Virus record (IMG/VR): IMGVR_UViG_3300044940_000164
Coordinates: 1-55,112 of that record
Source of the DNA: a virus
Taxonomy: Duplodnaviria > Caudoviricetes
DNA length: 55,112 nucleotides
Strand: one strand, 5' to 3'
Below are positions 7,667 to 16,368 of the stretch, one piece after another (the stretch's first letter is position 1; each line of letters opens with the position of its first letter). The notes under the pieces were generated by a model that made no database searches, was not told where the DNA came from, and saw only the letters and a list, made by a program, of their open reading frames with translations. The translations under genes and the position numbers were made by a program.

Positions 7667-7856
7667 ATTTGGCAGAATACCGCCTCGCCCGCCTACTGAC
7701 GAAGAGATTGCCCAAGAGGAACGGCGAGAAGCCATCCGAAAAGCGTTTGAGGCGTTGTATAAGTGCAAGCGCATGGGCATCTCATTTGACGAAGTCATGC
7801 AGCAACATAACCTAATGGGTTGGATGCGAGAATCACAAAAGGAGGAAAAATTATGA
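7656..7856 (+). CDS. Hypothetical protein
   Basis: 66 aa, AAGGAG RBS. Confidence 0.7.
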   Translation: MVSKFGRIPPRPPTDEEIAQEERREAIRKAFEALYKCKRMGISFDEVMQQHNLMGWMRESQKEEKL

Positions 7857-8173
7857 CAGATTTAGAGAAATTGAAACAAACAGAAATCTACAAAGTAATG
7901 CTTCACCAGATAAAGCAAGCCCGCCCGACATTGGCTAAACGCGCTCATAAAGTTTTGCCGAGAAAGGAAGGGACGGTGTTTTTCGTAAGCGAATCGCTGG
8001 AATGGGAGATAGTCTTAGACAGGAAAGAAAATACTCAGATGTTTAAAGTCTATCGATTAGAGAAAGGTTTCGGGCGATACTGGGTGTGTGACATAGTCCC
8101 CGAGATTGTTAGAAATAATTTGGGGGATTATTCTCGGAGAAGAGCAACTGTTGTTGACGAGGAGTTTTCATGA
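7853..8173 (+). CDS. Hypothetical protein
   Basis: GGAGG RBS and ATGA overlap favour ATG 7853. Confidence 0.75.
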   Translation: MTDLEKLKQTEIYKVMLHQIKQARPTLAKRAHKVLPRKEGTVFFVSESLEWEIVLDRKENTQMFKVYRLEKGFGRYWVCDIVPEIVRNNLGDYSRRRATVVDEEFS

Positions 8174-8427
8174 TTCAGTTACAGATTGATTTGAGCCTTT
8201 GCGGTAGATTTGCGGATGCCCTGAGCCGCATCCCTTGGATGCACGAGATCGAAGTTGAAGTGGTAGAGAGGGAATTCGTTTTGCAAAACCCTACCCACGC
8301 CGCCTACTTCAAGGGGTTTTTCTTTTCGCCTTCGAATTTTACGATCTCTCAGGAAGACGACGTAATATGGGTAGGAAATGACGATTATAAAATAGCCTAT
8401 AGGAGAAAACCATGCACCACCGACTAA
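8170..8427 (+). CDS. Hypothetical protein
   Basis: 85 aa, GAGGAG RBS. Confidence 0.7.
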   Translation: MIQLQIDLSLCGRFADALSRIPWMHEIEVEVVEREFVLQNPTHAAYFKGFFFSPSNFTISQEDDVIWVGNDDYKIAYRRKPCTTD

Positions 8428-8663
8428 AAATTGAGCGGATGTATTACGACGCTATAATTTCAGGAAAAAAGACGTTCGAAATTCGGGTAAATGATCGAGA
8501 TTATCAGTCGGGAGATACCATTGAAATGTGGGCTACAGGTTTCCCCTTCCCGCCCATTCTTGCGACTATCGGATGGGTTTCGAACTATAAACAGACCCAG
8601 AACCACGTTGTATTTAGCCTACTGAACATAACTCAAGGAGATTTAGATGACTACCACTTTTAA
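8412..8663 (+). CDS. ASCH/PUA-like (DUF3850) domain protein
   Basis: HxLKI...YYDAIISGKKTFEIRxNDRDYQxGD signature. Confidence 0.9.
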   Translation: MHHRLKIERMYYDAIISGKKTFEIRVNDRDYQSGDTIEMWATGFPFPPILATIGWVSNYKQTQNHVVFSLLNITQGDLDDYHF

Positions 8664-9582
8664 GCCTATGCTCGCAGGAACTCTGACAGAAAAAGATTTC
8701 GATAAACTACAATTTCCAATGGTCGCCAGCCCGAAGATTGATGGTATCCGATGCATCATCCATCCAGAGCTGGGAGCTGTCACGCGCACTCTTAAGCCCA
8801 TACCGAATGATTTTATCCGAGAGGCACTCAACCGTCCCGAATTACATGGTTTCGACGGCGAGCTTGTTTTCGCGGACGATCACACAGATTTTCAGAAAAC
8901 TGTGTCTTCGGTTATGACGAAGGCAGGGCAACCGAAAGTGAAATACATTGCGTTCGACTATGTACCGACAGAAGTGCTTGATGGCGATCACGATTTTAGA
9001 CAGACGGTGGTCGGGCATGTTATTCGAGAAATCGAAAACCTAGGGTTCAAAGAAGGCGATATCCAGATCGAAAAAATCGAAAGTTATGTCGTTCGTAATA
9101 TAGAGGGGGTTTTAGAGTTGGAAGAAATTTTTCTGGCTAAAGGATACGAAGGTCTAATGTTGCGGAACCCCGATCGTCCTTACAAATATGGGCGCAGCTC
9201 AGTCAACCCTAACCAACAGCACCTATTGAAATTAAAGCGTTTCGTGGATGCTGAGGCGGTAGTAATCGGGTTCGAAGAGTGGATGCACAACGACAACGAA
9301 GCCACGATCAACGAACTAGGACACACTCAGCGCAGCTCTCATAAGGAAAACAAGCGCGGAGGAGAGAAATTAGGCAAATTTTTAGTCCGAGGAATCAACG
9401 GGAGATTCAAAGACGTAGAGTTCCCTATCGGCGGCGGCAATATTACCCATGCCGAAAGAAAGGAAATATGGGAGAACCAAGACCAGTATTTAGGGAAAAT
9501 TCTCACTTACAAATTTTTTGATGTAGCCACAAAAGATAAACCCCGTCATGGGAACTTCAAGTCCTTTCGGGAGGGTTTTTAG
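8647..9582 (+). CDS. lig: ATP-dependent DNA ligase
   Basis: Motif I SPKIDGIR, FDGEL, AFD, EGLMLR, LLKLK and C-terminal KPRH. Confidence 0.95.
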   Translation: MTTTFKPMLAGTLTEKDFDKLQFPMVASPKIDGIRCIIHPELGAVTRTLKPIPNDFIREALNRPELHGFDGELVFADDHTDFQKTVSSVMTKAGQPKVKYIAFDYVPTEVLDGDHDFRQTVVGHVIREIENLGFKEGDIQIEKIESYVVRNIEGVLELEEIFLAKGYEGLMLRNPDRPYKYGRSSVNPNQQHLLKLKRFVDAEAVVIGFEEWMHNDNEATINELGHTQRSSHKENKRGGEKLGKFLVRGINGRFKDVEFPIGGGNITHAERKEIWENQDQYLGKILTYKFFDVATKDKPRHGNFKSFREGF

Positions 9583-9795
9583 ATGCCTGTTATCCTTCTG
9601 TTCTGTTTTGCGTATTGGTTACGCCTAGATTCTTTCGAGAAAATCTGGGTGCCATTATGCCTCTTTCTTTTCTCAGTTTTGGCTCAAAGAATCGCGACCT
9701 ACGGAATCGCGCTGGTGAGTGTGATCTTAGCGATACCCTTTCTCTTATTGCCCGAAAAAGAAATTCCTCAACCTACATGGAGATACCTACCGTGA
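9583..9795 (+). CDS. Small membrane protein
   Basis: 70 aa, mostly hydrophobic; GGAGG RBS. Confidence 0.65.
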   Translation: MPVILLFCFAYWLRLDSFEKIWVPLCLFLFSVLAQRIATYGIALVSVILAIPFLLLPEKEIPQPTWRYLP

Positions 9796-10454
9796 ACAAT
9801 GTGAGATCTATTAACTATTCGTTGGAAGATTTTCTTTCTTCGAGACGAGCGAGCGGACTTTCGGTGCTATTTTTTGACGAATCGCGTGCCCCTGACTATA
9901 CGCTACCTACTGGATGCCTGTTGATCGAGCATCCTGATCTACAGCTTCTTGACGTGATCGAGAACGTCCCCGAATTGAAAGAGATGTGGGACGACGACAC
10001 GATGCGACTGGATTTTAATCTGTGGCTTCATGAGGGTTTTGATTCTTTCTTTCGACACATGTTTAAGATGTACCAGAAAAATTCGAATGAGCATTTAGCG
10101 TATCTGATTGAACGAATGAAGCTTTTTCGTGAAAGACCTCTCTACGCGATGGCTCGCGACGAAGAAATGCGGCTTCCGAAAGACTCGATTGTTGGGTTGT
10201 CAGGGCTAACACAAGAAGAGAAAATAATTGTAGTGGCGACCTTGCTGTTGGGATTAGAAGATCACGATTGCTCTTTTCATGAAGTTTACGTGCCGAAGGA
10301 ACTGGTTCACGAGAATCCTTTTTTGCGTAGTGAAAGTTTTTACGATTGGGTAAATGAGGGAACAACGAAGCTTTTCGCTCTAACCCAAGAGGTCGTCCAA
10401 GAACCCAAAAAAATTTTCTTGCAAAAATCAAAGGATCGCTGTACTCTTTTTTAA
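9792..10454 (+). CDS. Hypothetical protein
   Basis: GTGA overlap and GGAG RBS favour GTG 9792 within track ORF 9615..10454. Confidence 0.75.
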   Translation: MNNVRSINYSLEDFLSSRRASGLSVLFFDESRAPDYTLPTGCLLIEHPDLQLLDVIENVPELKEMWDDDTMRLDFNLWLHEGFDSFFRHMFKMYQKNSNEHLAYLIERMKLFRERPLYAMARDEEMRLPKDSIVGLSGLTQEEKIIVVATLLLGLEDHDCSFHEVYVPKELVHENPFLRSESFYDWVNEGTTKLFALTQEVVQEPKKIFLQKSKDRCTLF

Positions 10455-10466
10455 GGAGGAAGTTTT

Positions 10467-10763
10467 ATGTCGGATGAAGACGAAGATTCTTTGGTGATGG
10501 ATATCCGTCTCCGAATTGCGGGGTACGCAGATGAATTCAGACGAGGTAATTCTACTTTTCATGTGTTTTATCCTGAGTTCGAGTATCAGACTGTTTTAGC
10601 GGAAATTCACATAGGCTTTGAGTGCCCTTTTACTAAGAAAAAAGAGGAAATTATCTATGATTGCACGTTTCATGCTCCTAGTGAAGTAGATAATTGGTTT
10701 AACCGAGTCATAAAGGTTCGCCCGTATCTGATACGAAAAATAAACAGAATCAAGAGAGATTAA
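10467..10763 (+). CDS. Hypothetical protein
   Basis: 98 aa, AAGGAGG RBS. Confidence 0.75.
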   Translation: MSDEDEDSLVMDIRLRIAGYADEFRRGNSTFHVFYPEFEYQTVLAEIHIGFECPFTKKKEEIIYDCTFHAPSEVDNWFNRVIKVRPYLIRKINRIKRD

Positions 10764-10765
10764 TT

Positions 10766-10948
10766 ATGTTGAAAAGAATAGACGAGCTTCTCAGAGAAAT
10801 CGAGACCACATTATCCTGCGCCCATCACAGTATAGTCACCGCTGGCTTAGATGACTGTCTGCGACGTGTAGAAAAGCACCAAAGCGAAATCGCGGTTCTC
10901 AAATTGGAAGCGCGGGCAAAGATTCACGAAGGGAGTACGCCGCGATGA
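10766..10948 (+). CDS. Hypothetical protein
   Basis: 60 aa ORF, operon packing. Confidence 0.65.
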   Translation: MLKRIDELLREIETTLSCAHHSIVTAGLDDCLRRVEKHQSEIAVLKLEARAKIHEGSTPR

Positions 10949-11289
10949 CTGAAAAAGATAAAACCCTAATAGTCTCCAACTCAATCCAGTGCTTAGAGTG
11001 TGGCGATGTGATATTCTCAGCTCACCGTCATGACTACAAAGAGTGTGGCTGTGGGGCTTGCGCGGTTGATGGAGGCATGGAATATCTTCGGATTATGGCG
11101 GCTGGAGGAGCAAGATACAAGGAGCTCTATATTACTCTACCTGAGTCCGTAATTAACGCAGGGTTAGAAGCTCTGGCGTGGGCGAAAGAGACGGGGCGCA
11201 ATGATCGAGGAGCCTTGTATGCGGTGCTGCGGGCTCTGCGCGACGGCGGAATTGATCTTAAGGTTAAACCCTTACACGAAAATAAATAA
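10945..11289 (+). CDS. Zinc-binding phage protein (CxxC...HxHD...CxCG...VDGG)
   Basis: IQCLECGDVIFSAHRHDYKECGCGACAVDGGMEYLR. Confidence 0.8.
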   Translation: MTEKDKTLIVSNSIQCLECGDVIFSAHRHDYKECGCGACAVDGGMEYLRIMAAGGARYKELYITLPESVINAGLEALAWAKETGRNDRGALYAVLRALRDGGIDLKVKPLHENK

Positions 11290-11446
11290 CTTGTGACTCC
11301 CAAAGCATCGACAACGAACAATCGTATGATCGGCTCTCAGCCACCCAGTATTCTAACGGAATTTTTGAAACTTGTAGGGAAGGAAATATGGTAGTATTTG
11401 CGAGACACGTAGAATATGTAGGACTTCAAGCAGTAGGAGAATTGGC

Positions 11447-11670
11447 ATGAATCGAAGGCAAAAATAATTCGAGCAGTTTATGACCGGCACTTTGAATTAA
11501 TTATAGACGCGGCCAAGAGTTTGAAAAATATGCAAGATATCTCAAGATCGTCAGAGACATTATGTTACAAAGAATTGCAAACTGGTATTGATGATACCAG
11601 AAAATATCTGCAACAGTTGATATTGGATTTTGACAGAGCACGTCATCACCTGACTATTTTACTAACTTGA
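11447..11670 (+). pseudogene. Frameshifted paralog of the 12601 gene (needs a -1 shift or one more A at CAA-AAA-TAA)
   Basis: ATG 11447 with AGGAGA RBS stops after MNRRQK; the -1 frame continues IIRAVYDRHFELIID...[15 protein letters not shown]. Confidence 0.65.
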
Positions 11671-11683
11671 GAGGAGAATAAAT

Positions 11684-12130
11684 ATGCTAGATTATATACC
11701 TATTAAAAGATCACCTAACGGTCTTCACTTGCCGTTACCAGAATACGCGACGCCAGGAAGTGCGGGCTTGGATTTGATGGCGGCAATAGTACATCCTTTA
11801 TGCCTGAGACCCTTAGAGAGGTGGCTGGTTCCGACTGGTTTTTGTCTGGAGTTGCCGCAAGGCTATGAAGCCCAGATTCGTCCGAGGTCTGGGTTGGCTT
11901 TGAAGCATGGAATAACGTGTTTGAATAGCCCGGGCACGATCGACTCCGACTACAGAGGGCAAGTCCATGCCTTACTTATTAATCTTGGCACAGAGAATTT
12001 TACGATAGAACCCGGGATGCGAATAGCCCAGATGGTTATCGCGAAGTTTGAGCGAATTGGATGGAAAGAACTAGAAAAGCTCGATACTTCCTTGAGAGGT
12101 GAAGGCGGATTTGGGTCAACAGGAGAATAA
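11684..12130 (+). CDS. dut: Trimeric dUTPase
   Basis: All five motifs: [33 protein letters not shown]. Confidence 0.97.
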   Translation: MLDYIPIKRSPNGLHLPLPEYATPGSAGLDLMAAIVHPLCLRPLERWLVPTGFCLELPQGYEAQIRPRSGLALKHGITCLNSPGTIDSDYRGQVHALLINLGTENFTIEPGMRIAQMVIAKFERIGWKELEKLDTSLRGEGGFGSTGE

Positions 12131-12537
12131 TATGTCTGATTTCAACTACGCGAAACGTGAGAATATATTCCTAGAAAAGTTGGCGAGGGATAAGTACATA
12201 AAGGGCGGATATTTTAAATTAAACGAGGCTTAGTTAAAAAATGAACCCATCGATACACAGATTGCAATACGCGAAGGAGAATTTGAAGATGAAAGCCAAG
12301 ATCAAACATAAGCGTAAACGAAAATTATGGGGCTTATATACATAGTTAACCACAGATACTCACTTTAGTCTAATAACGCACTAAATATTAAAATCACCAC
12401 TCCTAGATATTTTTATAAATTATAGTAGTCTAAATCATCGAAATCTTGCTTTTTTAGGTAAAATCAGTTACTAAATATGTTTAGGGTTGATTTTTATAAA
12501 TGAGATCACTGTAACCTTGGCAAGATGTAACCGTTTC

Positions 12538-12567
12538 TTCACAAACCTAGTGTAAAATTATTATAAT
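12538..12567 (+). promoter_or_regulatory. Sigma70-type promoter
   Basis: TTCACA-N18-TATAAT upstream of the AAGGAG RBS of ORF 12601. Confidence 0.55.
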
Positions 12568-12600
12568 ATAAATACTTTGAAAGGATAAGGAGTAAGAATT

Positions 12601-12810
12601 ATGGGATATATACGTCGCATAAAAAGAGTATACGACGATCATTTTGATCATGTTGGTTCACTCATTGAAGATTTGAAAAAACTAAAATCTGCCCTGGAAA
12701 GTAGTAATGAGGCTGAAACGCAGAATGCAATGAAAGAACTAACCGATGAAATAAGAAGACTAATGGATAGTTTAGACGAAGGACGTAGAGAGCTTGTCAA
12801 TGCAGCTTGA
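12601..12810 (+). CDS. Small helical-hairpin / coiled-coil protein
   Basis: 69 aa, own promoter and RBS. Confidence 0.75.
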   Translation: MGYIRRIKRVYDDHFDHVGSLIEDLKKLKSALESSNEAETQNAMKELTDEIRRLMDSLDEGRRELVNAA

Positions 12811-12893
12811 CAATATTTGGATGGGCTGCATAATCTACAGTTGGCCCATAAGCTCTGTAATGAAAAGAAAGGCGCCTCCTATCCGCACGAACA

Positions 12894-14495
12894 TCATAAA
12901 CACCATTGAGATCCTCGCATAGTAATGATGGCTCTTTTTCCATTGGGGTACACCACGATATGACTGTGACTCCATGAAGAAGGGCCTTCGTTATATCCGA
13001 GATCCAGTTTTCCAGAAACTCCTGCCACGTACACGCTCTCATAGATCCCCGCACTATGACTGTGCCCGATACACACTTTGCGCCCTATTGTAGCAAAATT
13101 GGCGAAGCTTCCGCGTGCACCGTTCGGCCCGACATCCCCGTGGTAAGCCATTTCGATCTCACCCACAAGGAAAGATTCATCTCTCTTAAGAAACTTCACC
13201 TCGCTTAGTTTTTCATAGCCTTTGACTCCTATTTCAAACAGATCGATATGGAAGCCCCTGCGAGCTGCGCTGACAGCCGCTAACTGCATCTCTAGCAATG
13301 TCTCAGCGTTATCCAGATCTTGCCGCCAATCGTTCTCTTTTACCCACCGGGTCAAGTGTTCGTCATGGTTGGATTTCACGATCACTGGTGTCGCGTAATC
13401 TTCCTGAATGATCTGCCGAAGAAAACTAGCTGTCAGTCGTAGCTCGTCCGTCACAGACGTCTTTCCTTTCGAACGTAAACGGATCTGGTGCAGCGGATCT
13501 TTCTTGTTATGGTGGCTTGCTGATTGGAAATCGAGTACGTCGTGGAGAACCTGGTAGCGGGGCTTAAGGTAGTTTATCATGGAGCGATTGAAATCATCTT
13601 CGTTACGACGGAATCCTGCGCCGAATTTAGATATACCCCAGACACCTTTTGCGACTTCCCTGTCGATCTGCGCCGCATGAACATCCCCAAGCACCAACGC
13701 TTCTACTGCTTGAAGGGAATGGCCTTCGGATACATGAAAACGATTATAGAGGTCGTGAACTGTTCCATCTTTCGCGATGCTTAACTGACGGGCAAACCAT
13801 TCTCCGGAAGCGGCAACTTCCACAAGCAACGCCCCGAAGGTATGATGGAAATCTGCGTGGAGACCCGCTCGTTTATGGATGTAGTGTCTTTTTGTAACGC
13901 AACCCGTGGTGTAATTCATTTTTGTCGGTTCGTGTTTGCCCGTCGCCACCGATTTCATCTGCAACTTCGGGTGGGGGAAAACTCCGGACTTGTTTCCATT
14001 ATAAGTATCCCAACCGTTCAAAGGATTCTTCGCTGTCGGTAGCGTATTCATCTGGCCACACCAAACCAGATCAGGCGCTAATAATTCGTAGGTGTCTCGA
14101 ATGTAGGGCGTTAGCACTTTGTCAAACCAGATCTCCTTATTTACCTGTTTCCCACCTTTTGTATTTTTCACCGAGTTGTGGCTGTAAAGAAAAGTGGCCA
14201 CGTATATTTGAGCATCGTAGTGTCTTGCGACCTGTTGAAGGAGATTCCAGGCACTTTCTTCCACCGCAGTGTTGTTCTGAGCACAAGTCAGAATATACCT
14301 TTTAACACCTTCGGAAGCAATATACTCCCGAGGAGTGAGAGCGTCGGAACTACCGACGGTCTGCATATCATTCTTGCGGTAGTGAAAAGTTCTCGGGCTT
14401 ATGCCCAGTTCTTCGCAAATTTTCTTTTTGTCCCCATCGTGCTTCAGATAGCAGACGCAAAAATCTTGGGGGCTGACGACTGGTTTTCGGCTCAT
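12894..14495 (-). CDS. HTH-fused calcineurin-like metallophosphoesterase
   Basis: N-terminal HTH (KKICEELGISPRT); GDVH, HDVLD, SNHD, YHGD and GHSH motifs; ATG 14495 overlaps the upstream stop. Confidence 0.85.
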   Translation of the reverse strand: MSRKPVVSPQDFCVCYLKHDGDKKKICEELGISPRTFHYRKNDMQTVGSSDALTPREYIASEGVKRYILTCAQNNTAVEESAWNLLQQVARHYDAQIYVATFLYSHNSVKNTKGGKQVNKEIWFDKVLTPYIRDTYELLAPDLVWCGQMNTLPTAKNPLNGWDTYNGNKSGVFPHPKLQMKSVATGKHEPTKMNYTTGCVTKRHYIHKRAGLHADFHHTFGALLVEVAASGEWFARQLSIAKDGTVHDLYNRFHVSEGHSLQAVEALVLGDVHAAQIDREVAKGVWGISKFGAGFRRNEDDFNRSMINYLKPRYQVLHDVLDFQSASHHNKKDPLHQIRLRSKGKTSVTDELRLTASFLRQIIQEDYATPVIVKSNHDEHLTRWVKENDWRQDLDNAETLLEMQLAAVSAARRGFHIDLFEIGVKGYEKLSEVKFLKRDESFLVGEIEMAYHGDVGPNGARGSFANFATIGRKVCIGHSHSAGIYESVYVAGVSGKLDLGYNEGPSSWSHSHIVVYPNGKRAIITMRGSQWCL

Positions 14496-14668
14496 ATTTC
14501 TTCTCTCTGAAGTAGGCTCAGAACATCCGCTTTTCTTGCGCCGGTTTCTTTGTATATGAAAGAATAATCGGGAGGTCGTTTCCACCGCCGCGAGGCCTTT
14601 ACCATGAGTAGGATAAGTTCTTCTTTCTTAGTCAAAGACTTAGAAACTTCCTGTGGTAACATAGGCAT
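14492..14668 (-). CDS. Small protein (58 aa), possibly winged-helix
   Basis: MPMLPQEVSKSLTKKEELILLMVKASRRWKRPPDYSFIYKETG...; AAGGAG RBS; ATGA coupling to the phosphoesterase; below track cut-off. Confidence 0.65.
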   Translation of the reverse strand: MPMLPQEVSKSLTKKEELILLMVKASRRWKRPPDYSFIYKETGARKADVLSLLQREEI

Positions 14669-14685
14669 CTCCTTTCTTTCTTTCG

Positions 14686-14714
14686 ATTATAATTGAAAAT
14701 CTCTCTATAAGCAA
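14686..14714 (-). promoter_or_regulatory. Sigma70 promoter (leftward)
   Basis: TTGCTT-N17-TATAAT. Confidence 0.75.
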
Positions 14715-14736
14715 GCTCTTAGATCTTTATTGGATG

Positions 14737-14765
14737 TTGACATTTACGCAAAAAATAAGTATTGT
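14737..14765 (+). promoter_or_regulatory. Sigma70 promoter (rightward), overlapped by a 17-bp tandem duplication
   Basis: TTGACA-N17-TATTGT; AAAAATAAGTATTGTTA occurs twice. Confidence 0.75.
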
Positions 14766-14804
14766 TAAAAAATAAGTATTGTTAAAAGATAAGGGAGGAA
14801 GATC

Positions 14805-15182
14805 ATGAATAAATTTGACTTTTTTGATGCTGTGAACGCCGATGAAAAAGCTGCTGCCGAGGCAAAATCTGGTAAAAAGCACGATCACCGAAAGCCGAGG
14901 ATGCATCTACTTTTTAATGACATGAGCGACGCGCTGTTGGAAATAGGGAAAGTGGCCACCTATGGGGCCAATAAGTACACTGACCGGGGTTGGCGTGATG
15001 TTGAAAACAATTACGAAAGGTATAGCAGCGCCGGGTATCGACATCAACTGGAGGACTCTTACGAAGGCGGAGAGCTTGACGAAGAATCGGGGTTCCTTCA
15101 TGCGGCTCATGCGGCGTGGAATGCTATCGCTAAATTACAAATCATCTTAGACAGGAAGAAAGAAAATGGAAATGGGAAATAA
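14805..15182 (+). CDS. dATP/dGTP diphosphohydrolase domain protein (DUF5664-like)
   Basis: GxKxDxxKPRMxLL...YGAxKY...W...RH...DxESGxxHxAHAAWN pattern. Confidence 0.88.
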   Translation: MNKFDFFDAVNADEKAAAEAKSGKKHDHRKPRMHLLFNDMSDALLEIGKVATYGANKYTDRGWRDVENNYERYSSAGYRHQLEDSYEGGELDEESGFLHAAHAAWNAIAKLQIILDRKKENGNGK

Positions 15183-15468
15183 TTCAGCCAAAGCTTTTTT
15201 AGCAATGCTTCACCGATTCGAAAGACTCGACGAAGAAATGAATGAAACGAAAGAAGCTCGGAAAGATCTGGTACAGGAAGCCAAAGCTCATGGGTACGAC
15301 ACTAAAGCAATGGCCAAAATGTTGAAAGAACGAAAAGAGATCCGAAATAAAGGTCTCGATAGGGTTCGAGAAGAGAAATACATGGAAGAAGTGTATAAGA
15401 AGGTTCTGCGCGAGGCTGGAGAACCTCTGGGGTATGAAAACGAATTTGGAGAGGAAGATAATGTATAG
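15166..15468 (+). CDS. gapR: GapR (DUF2312) family DNA-binding protein
   Basis: RFERLDEE...KDLVQEAKAHGYDTKAM...RK...EE...EVY matches the GapR consensus. Confidence 0.85.
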   Translation: MEMGNNSAKAFLAMLHRFERLDEEMNETKEARKDLVQEAKAHGYDTKAMAKMLKERKEIRNKGLDRVREEKYMEEVYKKVLREAGEPLGYENEFGEEDNV

Positions 15469-15670
15469 CTGGTTATTGATTATTTATGTTTTAAGCGCGA
15501 AAGATCCTGAACCTATCTTGCAGAAAAGATACTACGACGCGGAAACTTGCGAAATGTTAGCCGACGGTATAGAGCAGAACACTCCGGATAAAGGCGCAGT
15601 TTGCGTCCCGCAGTATCGGACGGATGGAGGTTCATGGGAATCAGTAGATGAAGTGCACGACCGCACCTAG
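15461..15670 (+). CDS. Small exported/membrane protein with two Cys
   Basis: GAGGA RBS before ATG 15461; MYSWLLIIYVL N-terminus. Confidence 0.65.
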   Translation: MYSWLLIIYVLSAKDPEPILQKRYYDAETCEMLADGIEQNTPDKGAVCVPQYRTDGGSWESVDEVHDRT

Positions 15671-15891
15671 TCTATAATGGCTTTTAATTTTTCTGAATAT
15701 AAACGCCAGGCTTGGTCTCTTTTGGCCAGCCTTTCGTATGTTTGATCTGGCAAACAAGATAATTCTTTATCTGAAATAGACGGCAAATACGGCTCTGCTG
15801 GGACAGAAACTAAAGCCTTAGTATTAGTTGGAACGCTCGCACAATTAGTGAGAGTCAAAATAAGTGCGCTGGCGAATGCGATTTTCATCAT
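15667..15891 (-). CDS. o-spanin (Rz1-like lipoprotein)
   Basis: Signal peptide ending LTLTNC, Pro-rich body, overlaps the 3' end of the i-spanin. Confidence 0.75.
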   Translation of the reverse strand: MMKIAFASALILTLTNCASVPTNTKALVSVPAEPYLPSISDKELSCLPDQTYERLAKRDQAWRLYSEKLKAIID

Positions 15892-16114
15892 CTCTAATAT
15901 CCTTTTGTTGTTTTATCTCGAGCTCTTGTAACTTTTTGATTGTTTTTTCTGTTTGCAGTAAAGTTTCTTCGTAGACCCCAACTTTCTGTTGCAGCTCCAG
16001 ATTCTTCATTTTAGTACGTTGATAGTCATAGACGAAACCAAGCACGACTATGACAGCTAACGCAGCGCCGATAGCTTTGACCGATATCTTGGACAGTATT
16101 GCGGGCAATATCAT
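15845..16114 (-). CDS. i-spanin (Rz-like)
   Basis: N-terminal transmembrane helix plus coiled coil; lysis-cassette position. Confidence 0.75.
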   Translation of the reverse strand: MILPAILSKISVKAIGAALAVIVVLGFVYDYQRTKMKNLELQQKVGVYEETLLQTEKTIKKLQELEIKQQKDIRDDENRIRQRTYFDSH

Positions 16115-16368
16115 ATATTCTCCTCCCTAGTTTTCTTTTTCTTGTTCCCCTGCACCATAAAAGCTATCCCGTTCGCTCCTATGAAAAGCGCTATGAGCTG
16201 AAGCTCTTCGGATGTCAACGGTAGGCCTTTCTGCCGTTCCTGGAGAATACGAAGACCAGCAGATGAATACATTATAGACTGCATCGTCAGAACAATCAAG
16301 ACAAGATCGCTTAAAACTTCGTGGCCTTGTCTGAGTTTTGATTTTATTTGCCTAAAAAAGAACTTCAT
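16111..16368 (-). CDS. Putative holin
   Basis: Two hydrophobic segments and a basic C-terminal tail; between endolysin and spanins. Confidence 0.6.
   Translation of the reverse strand: MKFFFRQIKSKLRQGHEVLSDLVLIVLTMQSIMYSSAGLRILQERQKGLPLTSEELQLIALFIGANGIAFMVQGNKKKKTREENI

Noticed and set aside
12487-12500. FNR/FixK-like box TTGAT-N4-ATAAA
   Set aside because: One mismatch in a very AT-rich stretch and not positioned properly relative to the TATAAT promoter; likely chance.
14805-15182. 2-aminoadenine (dZ) genome system
   Set aside because: No PurZ-like synthetase or HD-family dATPase is recognisable in the window; the diphosphohydrolase alone is insufficient. The unseen left part of the genome is a caveat.
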